This document shows, one piece after another, positions 39,088 to 43,744 of a stretch of DNA of 43,744 bases; within the stretch, counting starts at the first letter, position 1, and each line of letters starts with the position of its first letter. Origin of the DNA: Octopus bimaculoides (taxonomy: Eukaryota); NCBI RefSeq assembly GCF_001194135.2, contig NC_068983.1, forward strand, positions 34,712,305 through 34,756,048, read 5' to 3'. The position numbers and the translations under genes were made by a program. The notes under the pieces are model-generated. The model was given only the letters and a program-made list of their open reading frames with translations, did no database searches and was not told the DNA's origin.

Positions 39088-39104
39088 ATCTTCCTCCTCT
39101 TCTT

Positions 39105-39202
<98 letters not shown>
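39088..39202. repeat. (TCT)n-(TAT)n compound microsatellite
   Basis: Directly visible. Confidence 0.97.
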
Positions 39203-39203
<1 letters not shown>

Positions 39204-39403
39204 TCTCTTTTCTAATTCAACAGATTTATAGTTCCCGCCTTTCTTACTATATATATTATACATCAAAGCCTAAACCATATAATCCTCCTCAATGTGGTTT
39301 TATGAGATGCTAAGATTTCATTTAAGGGACATTATCAGCTATTTCTATCAAACTGAGCAGCAATATACCCACTTATTCAGGAAGAATAAGAAAATTAGGA
39401 TGC

Positions 39404-39408
<5 letters not shown>

Positions 39409-39452
<44 letters not shown>

Positions 39453-39462
39453 NNNNNNNNNN

Positions 39463-39502
<40 letters not shown>

Positions 39503-39510
39503 GAGAGAGC
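39409..39510. repeat. (AG)n microsatellite with an internal 10-N gap
   Basis: Directly visible. Confidence 0.97.
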
Positions 39511-40489
39511 GTAATCAGGGCGGGATTGAAGCTATGATTAATACACATTCGTAAGTTACTCTGAAGTCCTCGGTTATTATGTCTCGACTTGGGCAGAACT
39601 CGAATTCAGATGTATCTAATTACTGTTTGTACTTCTACCGTAATTATATTAGTGTTACATGGAATGTCTTCAGTTAAGCACTGCAAAGTATTGAGCGTCA
39701 GAGGCGGAACAACTAAACAAAGAAAATATGTGTTTCTATATTATACTATGACCAAGCTTGTCTTTTGACATAGTAATCACATGTTAAAGATATGAATTTC
39801 CCGAAAGAAACAACTATTATCAGAAATTATACAAAGAATAGAACGGAGAATTTTCTTTCATTTGTTGCTAATCAACAACTTGTGACTAACAAGAAAAGGG
39901 AAAAAATTAATAAATAACGATTAAAAAATGTTTGGGTTTTTTTTTGCTTTTTGTCTCGTTTTGTTTTTAAAACTACAAACTAAAAGCAACTTATGAAACT
40001 AAAGATAGTTGAAAAAGAAAACTTAACAGATATCATAGTGAAATGATCACAAGAAACCTTTTTCATTTTTACAAAAGCAGCCATTAGATTAGTGAATAAA
40101 ACTTTAAAATAAAAGTGAATAAATTAGTTTTAATGAAAAGTCTGAATTCATATGGGCGTTGTAAATTTCCATATGAAATGGTAGTTACTAACTGCTAGTA
40201 TAGTTTTTATCTTTATACAACTTTTAATTTTAAATATCGGATCAAGCAAAATTCTCATCCGGTGTTCTTGTGATAATTAAATTTCCTTTTAAAATCGTAT
40301 CACCGTTGTATATGCATGATTGTGTCTGGAGTTGGGTGGAATGTGTGTTTTGGTGTGTGCTATGGTATGATTTTACGCATAAATAACACACGCACACACA
40401 TGCACATACACACATGCATATATGTGTGTGTGTATGTGCTTTTGCATGTATATATCTTTATATATATAGATAGATAGATAGATATACAA

Positions 40490-40541
<52 letters not shown>

Positions 40542-40611
40542 NNNNNNNNNNNNNNNNNNNNNNNNNNNNNNNNNNNNNNNNNNNNNNNNNNNNNNNNNNN
40601 NNNNNNNNNNN

Positions 40612-40647
<36 letters not shown>

Positions 40648-40814
40648 CATACATAAACATATGTATAAGCATACATATGTATGTATATAAATATATAGTA
40701 GTTTGAAATAACCTATAGCCAAAGTAACATAATGCAATCGAACTTAAGTTGTAAAAACTTTATGAAAATTTGTCCAAAATAAATCAATGCCTCAAGATTT
40801 ATCCCCATCCCTAC

Positions 40815-41116
40815 CGCGCCTTTAGCTTCCATTCGATTAATCATGGATTTGATTAAACTATCAATGATGGGCCGTTCTATAGTTATTCACTCTTCAGTCA
40901 GTGCTTTTTTCAAACTTTTAACTCGTGTGATTTTCGATAGTTTGCTAACAAAGTTTTATGAACATTTTCCTGTGCGTATTCTATTGGATTGAGATCAGAT
41001 CTGCGTTGAAAACTTTTCAGAGACTTGACTCTGTAATTTCTTTCCAGAAAAATACGATACCTCGCTTTTATAACATTAAGTTCAAGCTTCTTGACAAAGA
41101 TTGTTCTTCTTATCAA
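40815..41116 (-). mobile_element. Tc1-type transposase C-terminal relic
   Basis: FQRRSDLNPIEY corresponds to the Tc1 SPDLNPIEN motif. After a frameshift, LKKALTEE*ITIERPIIDSLIKSMINRMEAKG matches the Tc1 C-terminal helices. Confidence 0.75.
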
Positions 41117-43744
41117 TTACTAAACAGGTAGAGATGAATAATAGACACTTTTCAATTATTTTACAGTGTTCGAGCCATTTGAATGATTTTCAACAAAAGC
41201 GATTTATAATCTGTCTGCACATGAATAACGATCAAAACTCATTTTTCTCTTGGCAGGATTGAAACTATTTTTTCTTATTAGTATAAGAAAAATCCTTACC
41301 CAGGTTCTGTCCTATATACCCATGATCTTTCAAAGGTTTTCTTACGCAATATACTGATATATTCATAATACTTATACCATATCTAACAGCTAATAAGTCG
41401 CAACTTTGTGCGCTCTATCCTATTTCGTCTGTAATGGTCTTCAATTCACTTCTTATTCGTTTTTTTTTATTTTTAATACCGAATATTTGAGATATTTCTT
41501 GATTGTACTTTGGAAACTAATATTTATCCATGTCTTACCCGCATTTGCATTCATCAATATTTCGGTTTCCTTCCACAATCAGTTTCATGTATCACACTTA
41601 CAATCCCTTAACCATAAAATTTAATAAAAAGGGGGAAAAGGCATTAGGAACTATCGAAACTAGACTTAGATCAATAGCAGAAAATGGAAGATACTACGGA
41701 CTATAGAATGCAATACAATTGCGAATAACTTCAAAATACTGAAGAGAATGCAAAAAAATGGACCAAGTTGGTAACGTGCAGTAACAATGCAAACAGATCA
41801 ATAACAACAGAAACATGTAAGTGTAAATGGACACCCTATCATCCGTAGCAGCAATAGAAATTATTGTATATAAAGAGACTGCCTGCTTATTTCTCCGTGG
41901 TTGGTCGGAAGATGTAGATACCGCTGATAAGCACCCAATAAGATCTGAAAATTGATAAAAGCTGTTCATCTATTCATTTTTTCAATCTACTGAAAAATAG
42001 TCAAATTTGTCGTGTTTGTATATCTACTACGTAGGTTTATATATATGTGTGTGTGTTTGTATGAATGTTCATACATGCATACATACATGCACTTATGAAT
42101 ACTTGCATAAAAAGATGCCAATTATATATGTGTGTACGTGTATGTTTGTGTGTTTGTATGTCTATAGGCATGTGTATATGTGTACCTACTTACTTATCTC
42201 TAACCTTCAAATCAATGACCGTGTCTCTCTTTACTCTTCCTCCCTTAACTACTATCCTAGCACAACTGTATCTCGTACTTCCTCTTTTCTTCTACTAATA
42301 TTTCGTTCTAAGTTTCACGAACTAATTTTTGTCTACATAAATACATTTATTTCCAAAATTAAACATCCGTTTTTTTTTCTCAAAATACCTTTGCACTTAA
42401 TTCCCCACCATTCTCTACATGAATTTTTCATGCATGAAGAAATACCATTTTCATAAGCAAAATTTCAATCCAAAACCTTTAGAAACAATTTTTCAAAAAA
42501 TCAATACAATTTTAATAGCAAGGAAGAAGACAGAGTAAGTTGAGTTTAAATATTTAAGAATAACAATAACGGGAAACATAAGGCTGAAAAAAAGAGAGGG
42601 AATAATGTTTCGCTGAGGCTCACCTGTTTTTTTTTCTGTTTGGAAAAACACACAGATTATATTTTTTTTTTTTTTTTTTCGAGTAGCATTACTGAATTTC
42701 ACTGCGCTTCAGTAAGTGCGATTTAAGATCATTACATGTTATAAAGCAAAACAAATATCATGGCTTTGAAATGTAATATTAAATGTTTCTTGGGATTCCA
42801 TCGAATTCAGCATAACTTTAGAAAAGAAATTGTTGGGAGGATACTCAAAGTTGAAAGTGCACGTCACTTGTCAAAACCGGACAATGAAGTGATTTGGTCA
42901 ATAATTAGAAACTTAGAAACGCTATCCCCGGTCGAATATGGTGATACATGGAAAGGCCCCAATGAATGTTGAGCAACGTTAATGACAGGGCAGAAAAGAG
43001 ATAGATAGAGATATATAGCTGGTTGATAATTAGTAAAGTGAGAGTTAGGAGGTGGCGTCCCTAGCTGCATACCTACCGCCAGTTTAGATTATTGCTTTCG
43101 ACATACACACAGACACACGCAAACATACACACACAAACAATTGAACATCGCATTTAGATCAGATCAAAAATATGTTTGGGCCGTATTTGACCTGTACAAA
43201 GTCTGTATTCACAGCTATTTACCCTTGAGAACATTTCTCGGTTTTGGCAATAGGTACTGAGAAACTCCAAATGTCATTTCGAGGTGACCTCTGCATTTCT
43301 AACCTTTTAGCTTTCATCAGAACAGTGTACTGTGACCCTCAAACTAACTTAGGAATATTCATTTCCTTATACTAAATCAGAATCAAAACAGGGGTTGATT
43401 ACGTGCAAACCCAGCCATGGCTACAGGTGCCCTAAACGATGTTGTGACTAAACAACCAACTACTGCATTTCATATATATTTGACCCATATATGATCTGTA
43501 CAAAGGCCGTATCGAATCCTATAATGCCGTGGGGAACTCTGCTCACTTTCAAAAATAGGTGGCGGAAAATACCAACAATCATTTGAAATGAGTTAAATGA
43601 GTACTTAATCGCAACACTGCATTCGACTGCTTACTACAATACATATACATACATACATACATACATACACACACACACGCACACATATATACATATATAT
43701 ATATACATATATATACACACACACACATGCCTTTTTAATTTCGC

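Overview
AT-rich eukaryotic scaffold DNA, not prokaryotic. It has dense (TA)n/(CA)n/(GATA)n microsatellites and eight N-gaps. I recall the SINE families as octopus-type, so a coleoid cephalopod host is inferred. There is no complete protein-coding gene, rRNA, true tRNA or CRISPR array, and most ORFs in the supplied track are microsatellite or gap artefacts. Recognisable content: at least 9 SINE copies or fragments; two decayed Penelope-like retroelements with different GIY-YIG architectures; four Tc1/mariner relics, one a fold-back built from two 5' ends; a possible RTE-type LINE relic; a perfect 73-bp palindrome; and a few candidate spliced exons. The two most interesting observations are (i) a ~170-bp palindrome at 18659-18826 carrying a minimal type I hammerhead-ribozyme fold on each strand, near-intact on minus and decayed on plus, and (ii) a frameshifted nuclear-receptor C4 zinc-finger relic at 15705-15842 that the ORF track misses. 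All protein and RNA assignments come from manual translation and motif recognition; no database search was run.
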